A stretch of DNA of 64,000 nt from Promethearchaeota archaeon. GTDB taxonomy: Archaea; Asgardarchaeota; Heimdallarchaeia; Hodarchaeales; Hodarchaeaceae. The notes below the pieces were generated by a model that saw only the letters and a program-made list of their open reading frames with translations, had not been told where the DNA came from and did not search any database. The position numbers and the translations under genes were made by a program. Below, piece by piece: positions 10,749 to 20,293 of this stretch; positions within the stretch are counted from its first letter, which is position 1, and every line of letters begins with the position of its first letter. Location of the stretch: contig JBHLMN010000002.1 in assembly GCA_048938105.1 (NCBI GenBank), forward strand, positions 346,214 through 410,213. The letters are read 5' to 3'.

Positions 10749-10934
10749 CTATTTTCTTTCTTCATCAGCTAGGGATTTTGTAGCTTCTTCCAATTTTTTT
10801 TCCGCTTCTGCAAACTTCATTCTTGCTTCATTTTTCTTTTTCTCTGCCTTCTTTTTGAACTTCTCTGCCTCTTTTAGTTTTCCTATTGCTTCCTGTTTCT
10901 TCCTTTCTGCTTCTTTGAGCTTTTTTTCACTCAT
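10749..10934 (-). CDS. Small Lys/Glu-rich protein, paralog of 10117..10488
   Basis: MSEKKLKEAERKKQEA vs MSEKKMKEAEKKKQEA; AAGGTGA SD-like motif upstream. Confidence 0.7.
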   Translation of the reverse strand: MSEKKLKEAERKKQEAIGKLKEAEKFKKKAEKKKNEARMKFAEAEKKLEEATKSLADEERK

Positions 10935-11153
10935 TTTCTCACCTTAATTTGGAAATCTTCATTCGCTACTAATTATATAATTAATAAAGGTTTATTTCTA
11001 ATAAATTAATTATATAGATTTCATGATCACAAACTTATTCTTCAGAATGTGACTCTTTCTACTCTTCATTTAAGAGAGGAAATAATACATGTGGTAGTAT
11101 GGTTTAGTTCACTTGGATTGATTAAGCCACTTCGTTACTCTTGAAGGATATTC

Positions 11154-11438
11154 GTGGGTTATTTCAACTTTAGGCCTGAAATAACCTACAGGTTTTCTAA
11201 AATTGATAAATCTATTTCCCATGGAATGACATTATGGAATTCAATTCGAAGATTTGGCAAAAAAAGAGGTAGTACGATTGTCAATCTCACTGGTAAGATC
11301 GTTTTCGGGCCTTTAGTAGATAAAAAAGTAATAATTATTGCTGATGTTGATCCATTCAAAGCAATCGAAGAGGAACAAAACCTTGATAAAAGTAGGCATT
11401 ATTCTCAATTTGATATCTTAAACAAACCCTTGACTTGA
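11154..11438 (+). pseudogene. C-terminal remnant of a nitrilase (carbon-nitrogen hydrolase)
   Basis: GSTIVNLTGKIVFGPL...IIIADVD...NLDKSRHYSQFDIL matches the nitrilase tail (GS.I..P.G..LAGPL...ADLD...D..GHYSRPD); the catalytic E-K-C region is absent. Confidence 0.55.
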
Positions 11439-11462
11439 TTAATTTTTGTGGATGAACCAGCA

Positions 11463-11759
11463 ATGAAGATCAAACAAAAGAAAATTAAGAAGGAAAAAGT
11501 AGATACCACGAATTGGGGATCTTGGGGTTGTGAGCCATCTACTTTTGATTGGGAATATCAGGAAGACGAAACTGCTTACGTATTTGAGGGTAAGGTTATT
11601 GTAAAAACACCTACCGATGAAATAGAAGTGAAAGGTGGGTCTTTAGTGCAATTTCCGAAAGGATTAAAGTGTACTTGGAATGTAATTGAACCAATACGTA
11701 AAGTTTACACATTTCAGAAATTTGATTGGGCTGCTTGGGAAAAATCCCTAGAAGACTAG
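11463..11759 (+). CDS. Cupin protein (DUF861/EutQ-like)
   Basis: WGCEPSTFDWEY..DETAYVFEG...FPKGLKCTW. Confidence 0.85.
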   Translation: MKIKQKKIKKEKVDTTNWGSWGCEPSTFDWEYQEDETAYVFEGKVIVKTPTDEIEVKGGSLVQFPKGLKCTWNVIEPIRKVYTFQKFDWAAWEKSLED

Positions 11760-14122
11760 ATTTGGTTTTCAGAAGTTATCTCTTCTTGGTCATCTTTCAT
11801 TTCCTTAGATAAAGGTGAGTCTTTCTTTACTTTCTTTGGATTTAACACCCGTCCACAATGAGTACAAACAGGATATTTTGTTCTCCAACTGCCTCCACAG
11901 TAATGACAAGTTTTTACTCGCCTTAAGATACGATTGGCTAGTCTCGTATATAATCCCCATAGCAAAGCCAAAATTCCTGCTGCTGCTCCGATCCAAGCAC
12001 CAATATCACTCTCTAAAAATAACCACATCAACCATTCAACTAAGAAATTTAGTTTTGTTTGTAAATGAATGGTCATGTTGGTCTCTGCAGGGTAGTATCC
12101 CTCTTTTTGTACCAAAAAGAAGCAAAATAAATCACTTTTAGTTTGACTAGAGTCAAGAATGATTGGATTTTCTCTATTAGAGGTATAGAGGGATTGATTA
12201 GTTAAAAATAGAGATTTATCTAAAGACTCGGAATCGATTATTGCATAGTATTTAATATTGGCGCGAAGTAGGCCAGTAGTATCACGGACTTCAAAATAAA
12301 TGGTAATTTTATCACCTTGAATTGGTATGATAGGATCGACAAGAACTTTCATTGTTAATGAACGAAGAACTAAGTATGATGCTTGGAGATTAAAAAATTC
12401 GACATTTTGATGAGAAAGATGTATTGAGAATGTAAAGGGTCCTTCCTGCGAAATCGAGAAATTATAATGAGTAGAATAATTTGCTTCAGCTGTTATTGTG
12501 GGTGTTGCTATTACTGTGTTTAATGATTCAGCAGGTACACTTAATAGAAGTTTAGTATTAATAGATAATCCAGAAGAGATTTCATTATTGAGGGGAAGAA
12601 TTTGAATAAATATACTCTGATTATCTCGTACAGTTATTGGAGTATTATATTCTAATGAAAGTTGAAAAGGAAAAATCGATCCTAATCCGTTGAGAGCGAA
12701 AATATTGGCTTTAATTAACGATCCTTGGGATGAATTGTCAAATAAATATAAACCAAGAGAGACTGAGTAAAAAGCATAGAAATATCCAGATGTTCTATTT
12801 ACACTATTTGCAGCTTGACCACCTATTGAGGTACTATAGGCTTCTATTGTAAGATAATCCCATAGAAGGATAGCTAACCTTTGTAGCTGCTTACCAAAAG
12901 TTCTAAAATCAGGGGATAAAGTGGACGAAGAATACCAATTAGCCATTCGGGACAGTAAACTTATGAAAGCGAATTGATCACTGATGTATATTCGGTTACT
13001 AGGATATATTGCTAAAGGTATTAAATCATAAGTTGTCATCTTATCATAATATAAAATGTCATTATATCTGAAGAGAACCTGTATATCTGTCAAAAGGCGA
13101 ACTAGATTGCCATGGTACAAATTAGCGAAAAATGGATCGAAAAAATCATAAATTTCTCTCTCTCCCTCTGTACTGAAATCTTTTATTTGATTAAAGAAGT
13201 ATTCTAACAGGTATAGACTGTCTCTAAAATAAAAGAAACTTTTGTTATTTTGATAATGAAATTTTCCTAAGAGCTGATCTCTTTCAGCATGAAGAAAACC
13301 AAAATTTAAACCCATATTATATGATAAACTATAATCTAAGAATCCCTCTTTATTATTCATAGTCATGTTCTCAAGATGAAAAATTCTATCTGTAAATTCA
13401 AGAACTTTGTCATCAAGAGTTTTATATAATAACTCCTGATAAATTGTCATAGCCATTAATTGGTCTTGGAGGAAGGCAATTGGGGACATAGATCCTGGAA
13501 TTGGAGTATCTGTCGGGTCTAACAGAATAAAACTTTGCAAGTAAGCAGCAGGAGGTTGTCCACGAACATTAAGTTCAAGCGCTTGCATGATATCATTTAC
13601 TATTTCAATTGAAGATGCATTATGGGATGTATCAAGTGTTAACAGCGCTTTTGCTATCCAAAGATTCATATTTGTAGAAACATTTCTATTCCCATCTTTC
13701 AAAATGTAAAAAAGGCCTTCAACGGTTTTAGCCAGTGTTTCCTTGGAGTTTATCAGATCCGTTGTGAGAATAAGATCAAAATCTGAAAGAATTTCATCTG
13801 ATATTTGTGAGGATATCTGAACTGAATTTAAAGCAGTTACCGCTTGGCATATAATCTCTACAGCACTTGATAAATCATTTTTAAGAAATTCTTTAACATT
13901 CCAGCTATCTATTAAGTATTCAATAACTTCCTCTTGTTGTTGTATTGCATTAGATGAGATTTGAGTTGTACGGGTAGTAGAACTGGGGAGTAGGAGTTCT
14001 GGATCAAATTCTCCCTGCTGGGTAAATGAAGAATTAATTACCTTTATTTCTAAAGAAGAAAGCAAATAAATTAGAACTACTATCAAGAGGATGATTCTCT
14101 TTTTCATATTTTTTTTTGACAT
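11756..14122 (-). CDS. Large secreted/membrane-anchored protein with C-terminal TM segment and cytoplasmic zinc ribbon
   Basis: N-terminal signal peptide (KKRIILLIVVLIYLL), beta-rich distal region, TM helix near residue 710, CHYC...CTHC. Confidence 0.75.
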   Translation of the reverse strand: MSKKNMKKRIILLIVVLIYLLSSLEIKVINSSFTQQGEFDPELLLPSSTTRTTQISSNAIQQQEEVIEYLIDSWNVKEFLKNDLSSAVEIICQAVTALNSVQISSQISDEILSDFDLILTTDLINSKETLAKTVEGLFYILKDGNRNVSTNMNLWIAKALLTLDTSHNASSIEIVNDIMQALELNVRGQPPAAYLQSFILLDPTDTPIPGSMSPIAFLQDQLMAMTIYQELLYKTLDDKVLEFTDRIFHLENMTMNNKEGFLDYSLSYNMGLNFGFLHAERDQLLGKFHYQNNKSFFYFRDSLYLLEYFFNQIKDFSTEGEREIYDFFDPFFANLYHGNLVRLLTDIQVLFRYNDILYYDKMTTYDLIPLAIYPSNRIYISDQFAFISLLSRMANWYSSSTLSPDFRTFGKQLQRLAILLWDYLTIEAYSTSIGGQAANSVNRTSGYFYAFYSVSLGLYLFDNSSQGSLIKANIFALNGLGSIFPFQLSLEYNTPITVRDNQSIFIQILPLNNEISSGLSINTKLLLSVPAESLNTVIATPTITAEANYSTHYNFSISQEGPFTFSIHLSHQNVEFFNLQASYLVLRSLTMKVLVDPIIPIQGDKITIYFEVRDTTGLLRANIKYYAIIDSESLDKSLFLTNQSLYTSNRENPIILDSSQTKSDLFCFFLVQKEGYYPAETNMTIHLQTKLNFLVEWLMWLFLESDIGAWIGAAAGILALLWGLYTRLANRILRRVKTCHYCGGSWRTKYPVCTHCGRVLNPKKVKKDSPLSKEMKDDQEEITSENQI

Positions 14123-14641
14123 GTGATTAACCTCTTTCTAATCAAATTTTCTCAGATTGATGAATAGAAAAGCGGAGTGCGATGAATATAGTAAATTTAG
14201 TATTTTCTGGTGAAAAATGAAGGATTCTAAATGTCACATTATTAATCATTAAAACTCCAAATACATCATTATTAGGTTTACTAATCAGTTTATTTTTTTA
14301 TCTGGACTTTCTATGTTTGGGTAATCACATTGGGAAATTAATCCTTCGGAGTGTAAGAGGAGTAAAAAGTGATTCCTGACTCATTATCAGTACTTAACAT
14401 GGCATGAAAATCGTCATAAGAAGTAGGGATAGTGTATTGCATATCTGCATTTTTATTAATCTTTAACAATAGATATTTTTCAATTTCAACCTTAGTCAGT
14501 TTAATTTAATATTATTGATACTAATTTAATTACTTGTGAAAGATCTCATTAAAAATGAATGATTTTATACTCAAAACTAGTTGCTTAAATTCGTCAATTA
14601 GATGACAGAACATGTCATATAAGATTTCTCGAGGCTAGGTT

Positions 14642-15643
14642 ATGGATAGAATCATAGAATGTGTACCCAATTTTTCAACTTCTGATCCTGCAGTAATAAA
14701 AGCGATTACTGACGCAATTAAAGCTGTTAGAGATATTAAGTTATTGAATGTAGATCCAGATGTTGATTATAATAGAGTTGTTATTACATTTGTGGGGACC
14801 CCGGAATCAGTTGGAGAGGCTGCATTCCAAGGCATTGCTAAAGCTACTGACCTTATTGATATGAGAAAACACAAAGGTGAACATCCTAGGATAGGAGCAG
14901 CAGATGTTTGCCCATTCGTTCCTGTCAAAGGAGTGACAGATGATGAATGCATTCAAATAGCTCATCAAACTGCTAAAAGAATCTCTAATGAATTGAAAGT
15001 TCCTACTTACTTATATGCAAAAGCAGCTACCACCAAAGAAAGAGTGAGATTACCCGACATTCGTAAAGGAGAATATGAAGGATTACGTGAAAAAATAGTG
15101 GATCCTAAATGGAAACCTGATTTTGGGGAACCTGTCTTCAATGAACGTTCAGGAGCATATGTCATTGGGGCTAGAGATTTTCTCATTGCTTATAATGTAA
15201 ACATCGGTTCCGAAGATGTAGAGATAGCTACTGAAATTGGCCGTACTGTTCGAGAATCGGGGTGGTGGGTGGAAAAAGATGGACAGAAAGTGCGAGAACC
15301 AGGATTGTTCAAAGGGATTCAAGGTATGGGAGTGACTCTCGAGAGACCAGATCGCAAATTAACGCAAGTTTCAATGAATGTAATGAATTATAGAGGATTA
15401 ACGAAACCCCATGAAGTATTTGAGGAAATCAAAAGACTAGCTACTGAAAAAGGCGCAAAAGTGACAGGAAGCGAAATTGTTGGTTTGATCCCTCTCGAAG
15501 CTATTTTAATGGCTGGAAAATACTATGCACCAGATGAAGAAGAGGAAGATAGTTTAATTAAAATCGCTATTGCAAATCTTGGTTTGAGTGATCTTGATGA
15601 GTTCATTCCTGATCAGAAGATTATAGAGTTGATGATTAAATGA
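14642..15643 (+). CDS. ftcD: Glutamate formiminotransferase
   Basis: ECVPNFS, DYNRVVIT, HKGEHPRIGAADVCPFVP, GARDFLIAYN, QVSMN, GSEIVGL. Confidence 0.95.
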   Translation: MDRIIECVPNFSTSDPAVIKAITDAIKAVRDIKLLNVDPDVDYNRVVITFVGTPESVGEAAFQGIAKATDLIDMRKHKGEHPRIGAADVCPFVPVKGVTDDECIQIAHQTAKRISNELKVPTYLYAKAATTKERVRLPDIRKGEYEGLREKIVDPKWKPDFGEPVFNERSGAYVIGARDFLIAYNVNIGSEDVEIATEIGRTVRESGWWVEKDGQKVREPGLFKGIQGMGVTLERPDRKLTQVSMNVMNYRGLTKPHEVFEEIKRLATEKGAKVTGSEIVGLIPLEAILMAGKYYAPDEEEEDSLIKIAIANLGLSDLDEFIPDQKIIELMIK

Positions 15644-16269
15644 CTAATGGAAATCTAGTTGATCTATCTGTTTCGGAATTTATTGAAGAAGTAGCATCAG
15701 ATAAGCCAGCACCAGGAGGGGGAAGTGTAAGTGCCTTAGGTGGCGCTTTGGGTGCTGCTTTAGCAGTCTTAGTTGGGAAAGCAACTATTGGAAAAGAAAA
15801 GTTCAAAGAAGTTCAAGAAGAAATGGAAAATGTGGTTTCAAGAGGAACAGAACTCCATCAAAGACTTAATAAATTAGTGGATGAGGACACTAATGCTTTT
15901 AATCAAATTTTAAAAGCATATAGAATGCCTAAAGATGAACCAGACGTTCGGTCAACAGCAATACAAAATGCATTAATTAGAGCAGCTGAAGTTCCTCTAG
16001 AGGTCGCAAAGCTTAGCTTCGAGGCATTAGACTTAATATTGGTTGTTGCTGAGAGGGGAAATAAGAATGCAATTACGGATGCAGGCGTTGCCGCTTTATT
16101 TGCAGACTCTGCAGTCAGAGGAGCAATATTCAACGTTAAAATAAATATATTAAGTATTAAAGATGAAGAAATAAAATCTAAATTTAAACAAGATATAGAA
16201 AAAATAATGATTGAGCTTTATTCTAAAAGAGAAGCAATAATAAAAGTTGTTGAAGCCGAGCTTGCCTGA
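15640..16269 (+). CDS. Formiminotetrahydrofolate cyclodeaminase
   Basis: ASDKPAPGGGSVSA, DEDTNAF, GNKNAITDAG, NVKINI; ATGA overlap with ftcD. Confidence 0.92.
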   Translation: MTNGNLVDLSVSEFIEEVASDKPAPGGGSVSALGGALGAALAVLVGKATIGKEKFKEVQEEMENVVSRGTELHQRLNKLVDEDTNAFNQILKAYRMPKDEPDVRSTAIQNALIRAAEVPLEVAKLSFEALDLILVVAERGNKNAITDAGVAALFADSAVRGAIFNVKINILSIKDEEIKSKFKQDIEKIMIELYSKREAIIKVVEAELA

Positions 16270-16325
16270 TTTCATCAATTTTTTCGGAGTTTACAATATA
16301 TGTGCTCTAATCGGAGTTTGCTCTA

Positions 16326-17183
16326 ATGGTAATGATCTTAGATGGAAAAGCCACAGCACAAAGGTTGAGAGAAGAATTAAAAGTTAGAATAAAGAAGTTA
16401 GAATGGCGACCAACCTTAGGTATTGTTTGCGTTGGTAGCAGCCCAGCTTCAGTTATTTATGCTAAGAACCAAGCCAAAGCATGTGAAGAGATCGAAATTG
16501 ATGCTGAGATTTATCAATTCGATAGAATTAAAGAGTTAAGGTTGATTCAATTTATTTCAAATAAGTTGAAAGACAAAGATGCGATAATTGTGCATTTACC
16601 ACTCCCAAATGGGATGAATACCGAGAAAATTTTTAATGCGATTCGTCCTGATCAAGATGTTGATGGATTACATTATGTTAATGTTGGTCGCCGATTATTT
16701 GATTATGAAGATGTCTTTTACCCTTGTACACCATTAGGGTGTATAGAGATCCTTGATCGCTATAATATTGAAATTGAAGGAAAACATGCTGTAGTTGTTG
16801 GTAGATCTCATTTGGTGGGACGGCCATTAGCAACTATGTTAGAAAAGCGAAATGCAACAGTCACACAATGTCACTCCCGTAGCAAACCTCTATCAAAATA
16901 CACTCTACTTGCTGATATCCTTGTTACAGCAATTGGTAAAGCAAAACTCATTAAAGCAGATATGATAAAAAAAGGCGTTGTTGTGATTGATGTTGGTATG
17001 AACCGTGATGAAACTGGTAAGCTTTGTGGTGATGTTGATTTTGCCAATGTAAAAGAGAAATGTAGTTTTATTACTCCAGTTCCAGGTGGGATTGGTCCAA
17101 TGACAGTTGCAGAATTATTATCTAATACAGTTCTTGCTTCAGAACGTAAACAAAGGAAAAAACAACACAAAATATTAATGTAA
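16326..17183 (+). CDS. folD: Bifunctional methylene-THF dehydrogenase/cyclohydrolase
   Basis: LDGKA, DVDGLH, PCTPLG, VVVGRS..VGRP, IDVG, GDVDF, TPVPGGIGPMT. Confidence 0.96.
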   Translation: MVMILDGKATAQRLREELKVRIKKLEWRPTLGIVCVGSSPASVIYAKNQAKACEEIEIDAEIYQFDRIKELRLIQFISNKLKDKDAIIVHLPLPNGMNTEKIFNAIRPDQDVDGLHYVNVGRRLFDYEDVFYPCTPLGCIEILDRYNIEIEGKHAVVVGRSHLVGRPLATMLEKRNATVTQCHSRSKPLSKYTLLADILVTAIGKAKLIKADMIKKGVVVIDVGMNRDETGKLCGDVDFANVKEKCSFITPVPGGIGPMTVAELLSNTVLASERKQRKKQHKILM

Positions 17184-17249
17184 ATTCATAATAAAAAAGA
17201 ATGGGATTAATTACTCATTAATAAGAATATACGAGACGTCTGAAAACCA

Positions 17250-18044
17250 ATGAATCTATCTGTAAATGAAATCTATAATAAGAATTGCCTTGAAGGCCTG
17301 GATCAGATAAAACCTGAAAGCGTGGATCTCTTACTAACAGATCCCCCTTTTGGAATAGACTTTGACAAAGTTGGGTCTCAGTATAATAGAAAGCAGAAAG
17401 AATTGGGACGATTTTATACAGAAATACATGGAGATTATTATGATTTTACCCTTCAATGGCTTCAAGCTGCTTGGAAAGCAATGAAACCAACCGCAAATGG
17501 ATTTATTTTTTCAGGATGGAATCGTCTTGGAGATATCCTAAACGCATTAACAGAGATAGGTTTTAGGTTGGTTAATCATCTTATTTGGAAATACCAATTC
17601 GGTGTTTTTACAAAAAAACGTTTTGTCACAAGTCATTACCACATACTTTACTTTACAAAGCTTGCAGCAAAGGAAGACAGTAATCGTACCTTCAATCGTA
17701 TATCTGAATATTCAAGTTCTCTAGGTAAACTATATTTTGAAGATGTTTGGAGAATTAAAAGGGACTATCAGAAGGGTGGGGAAAAAACTCCAACACGGCT
17801 ACCATTAGCAGTAACAGATAAATGTATTCGAATGGGGAGTAATGAAGGGGACATTGTGTTAGAACCTTTTTTAGGAAGTGGTTCTGTGGTCATATCATGT
17901 ATCAAATACAACAGACGCTATATAGGTTTTGAAATTTCAGAAAAAATTTTCACCATTGCTAAAAAGCGGATTGAAAAAATGCAAAATCATCTTGAGGGAA
18001 GAAGCTACAAGCTCGACGATTGGTTGATAAAACCTAAGAACTGA
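17250..18044 (+). CDS. Orphan beta-class N4-C/N6-A DNA methyltransferase
   Basis: N-terminal DPPF (motif IV), C-terminal LEPFLGSGS (motif I), IGFE. Confidence 0.88.
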   Translation: MNLSVNEIYNKNCLEGLDQIKPESVDLLLTDPPFGIDFDKVGSQYNRKQKELGRFYTEIHGDYYDFTLQWLQAAWKAMKPTANGFIFSGWNRLGDILNALTEIGFRLVNHLIWKYQFGVFTKKRFVTSHYHILYFTKLAAKEDSNRTFNRISEYSSSLGKLYFEDVWRIKRDYQKGGEKTPTRLPLAVTDKCIRMGSNEGDIVLEPFLGSGSVVISCIKYNRRYIGFEISEKIFTIAKKRIEKMQNHLEGRSYKLDDWLIKPKN

Positions 18045-18069
18045 ATTCTATTAACTTATGGGATGAATT

Positions 18070-19083
18070 GTGGTTTATCTAGTCACTGGTGGCACAGGAT
18101 TAATCGGAAGTTTCATAGTAGAAAGACTTGCGAATGACACACATTATAACAATGGGGAATGTCGTGTAATTGTACGAACACCAGAAAGTAAAGCTGCAAT
18201 CATGAATCAAGGGCTTATTCCAATAAAAGCGGATCTTAATGATCTGAACAGTTTAAAAAACGCAATGAAAGATGTTGAGGTTGTTTATAACCTTGCTGCT
18301 GTAGCTTCTGATTGGGCTAGTAAGAAACAATTATTTAAAGTTAATGTGGAGGGAATGGAAAATTTATTGGAGGCTTGTCTTAATACTAACACTGATCCAT
18401 TCCTAGCACATACAAGTTCGACTGGAGTTTATGGACATTTTATTCCTAAGATTCCGATTGATGAGAACTACAAATTTAATCCCACTAGTACATATCAGAA
18501 GAGCAAATATCACCAAGAAAAGGCAATTTGGGATATCTGTGATAAGGAAGGCTGGAAAAACTTTGGTATCCTCCGCCCTCCGAGTGTCATAGGTCCTAGA
18601 GATACAAAAACGATTTTAGGTATCTTTAAAGCAGTATATGAGCGAAAATTTCCCATTCTACGTAATGGAAGGGGGTACTTAACATTTATTCACCCTCTTG
18701 ATTTATGTTCAGCCTTGTTGCTACTTTACGAAAATAAACACCAAGCAAAAGGCCAAGCTTTCAATTTGAAATCATTTGAATGTCGTTTAATCGATTTTCT
18801 TGATTATATTGTAAAAACGATTTCTCCTCCCAAACCACCTAAACATGTCAGCTATCGAATGGTGTATACTATCGCTGTCCTTTCAGAGATATACGTTAAA
18901 TTAACAGGAAGACATACTACTTTAAACCGTTATCGGGTTACTAAATTTGCATTATCACGGAGATATATCGATCAAAAAATTAAGGACGTATTGGGTTTCA
19001 AGCCACAAAAGACCATGGAAGCAACCATAGACGAAGCATATAAATGGTTAGTTCAACATAATCTATATCCACCCGCTCATTAA
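18070..19083 (+). CDS. NAD-dependent epimerase/dehydratase (extended SDR, 3-beta-HSD-like)
   Basis: TGGTGLIG, NLAA, SSTGVYG, YQKSK, LRPPSVIGP. Confidence 0.9.
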   Translation: MVYLVTGGTGLIGSFIVERLANDTHYNNGECRVIVRTPESKAAIMNQGLIPIKADLNDLNSLKNAMKDVEVVYNLAAVASDWASKKQLFKVNVEGMENLLEACLNTNTDPFLAHTSSTGVYGHFIPKIPIDENYKFNPTSTYQKSKYHQEKAIWDICDKEGWKNFGILRPPSVIGPRDTKTILGIFKAVYERKFPILRNGRGYLTFIHPLDLCSALLLLYENKHQAKGQAFNLKSFECRLIDFLDYIVKTISPPKPPKHVSYRMVYTIAVLSEIYVKLTGRHTTLNRYRVTKFALSRRYIDQKIKDVLGFKPQKTMEATIDEAYKWLVQHNLYPPAH

Positions 19084-19274
19084 GGCAATAGATACAATTA
19101 TTCCATTAATACTGATATAAACTAAAGGATATATATGAGATTAAGCAAAACAGGGATAAGACATATGTTAAAAACAATCATTGTGTAAATATTATTTAAA
19201 GTAAGTTTTTTCATTTAAGAGAAGAGTAACTTCATGTTAAAACCATTTATCGAATTTTGCGGTCAAGGTTCTTA

Positions 19275-20186
19275 ATGATGTCCTCTGAAGATGTTGATCC
19301 GATCGTCGATGCTAAAGTTCTGCTGATAGAGGACTCTCGTGATCATCAATTCCTATTTCTTAAGCGCTTAAGTAAGTTTGGCCTAAAAAAAGTTGTAGTT
19401 TGCGAAACAGGGGAATTAGGTGTTGAAAAAATTAAGTCTGATCCATCATTCGATATAGTTCTTGTTGATTACTCACTTCCAGGCAAATCTGGGATTGAAG
19501 TAATTAGGGAGATTAGAAGACTAAATCCTGAAACACCTATTATTATGATCACAGGTTTAGGATCTGAAAAGATAGCAGTACAGGCAATGAAGCTCGGGGT
19601 ACAGGATTATCTCACAAAGGATGATTTTTTAACAAGTAACACGAACATAAAGCACATTTTCACCCAAATTTTATTAGAACATCGTGCTCAGCAGGAAATG
19701 ATACTTGCTAGACGGTTAAAAGCTAAACCAGAACAATTATCAGTTTCAGTGTATAAATTTGGCCAGTTTGGTCCAGAACCGTTTCTCACATCACATCTCC
19801 CTTTTGAAGAGTCATTTTCAGAAAGAGAAAAAGAAAATTTTCTCATAAAAATCGGAACTCATTATATGACTGCAACAGGTGCGGGACATGAGTATTCAAG
19901 AGGATTGTTTGAATTACCTGTTCCGAATTATGAAAAGTATAGAGGATTGGTATTTGGATTTCGAATGGCTGAAAAATATCATAACGATGTACGCATACAT
20001 GGGAATAAAGCAGAGAATTATGGCCTAATAGTAATCTTATTCCCAGTACTATATCGCTCGATTCTACCAAACAGATCAACAATTGAGAAACGCTTAGATG
20101 AACTTTTGTCAGCTTATTCAGATATGGGAGAATTAGATGAACATTTTATTGCCCGAACTAAGAATGTTTTCTTTGAATCTCAGTAA
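19275..20186 (+). CDS. Response regulator receiver domain fused to an uncharacterised (possibly longin-like) C-terminal domain
   Basis: LLIEDS, VDYSLPG (phosphoacceptor D), ITG, YLTK; the C-domain begins VSVYKFGQFGPEP. Confidence 0.85.
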   Translation: MMSSEDVDPIVDAKVLLIEDSRDHQFLFLKRLSKFGLKKVVVCETGELGVEKIKSDPSFDIVLVDYSLPGKSGIEVIREIRRLNPETPIIMITGLGSEKIAVQAMKLGVQDYLTKDDFLTSNTNIKHIFTQILLEHRAQQEMILARRLKAKPEQLSVSVYKFGQFGPEPFLTSHLPFEESFSEREKENFLIKIGTHYMTATGAGHEYSRGLFELPVPNYEKYRGLVFGFRMAEKYHNDVRIHGNKAENYGLIVILFPVLYRSILPNRSTIEKRLDELLSAYSDMGELDEHFIARTKNVFFESQ

Positions 20187-20293
20187 TAGTCGAATAACTA
20201 GGCTTATTCTATTATCAATAATGTTTTTTCTCCTTCTTTCGTTCGATAAATTAGATATATAAGAATCAAAATGAAACATTTTGTGATTAAATT

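Noticed and set aside
10020-10947. Phe/Ser-rich ORFs 10020..10388, 10093..10386 and 10720..10947
   Set aside because: Antisense shadows of the purine-rich K/E genes.
14123-14641. Long leader before ftcD-folD as a possible THF or ZTP riboswitch; also a 19-codon minus-strand ORF (MSQESLFTPLTLRR) resembling an old-yellow-enzyme N-terminus
   Set aside because: No riboswitch consensus could be recognised by eye, and the mini-ORF is too short to support.
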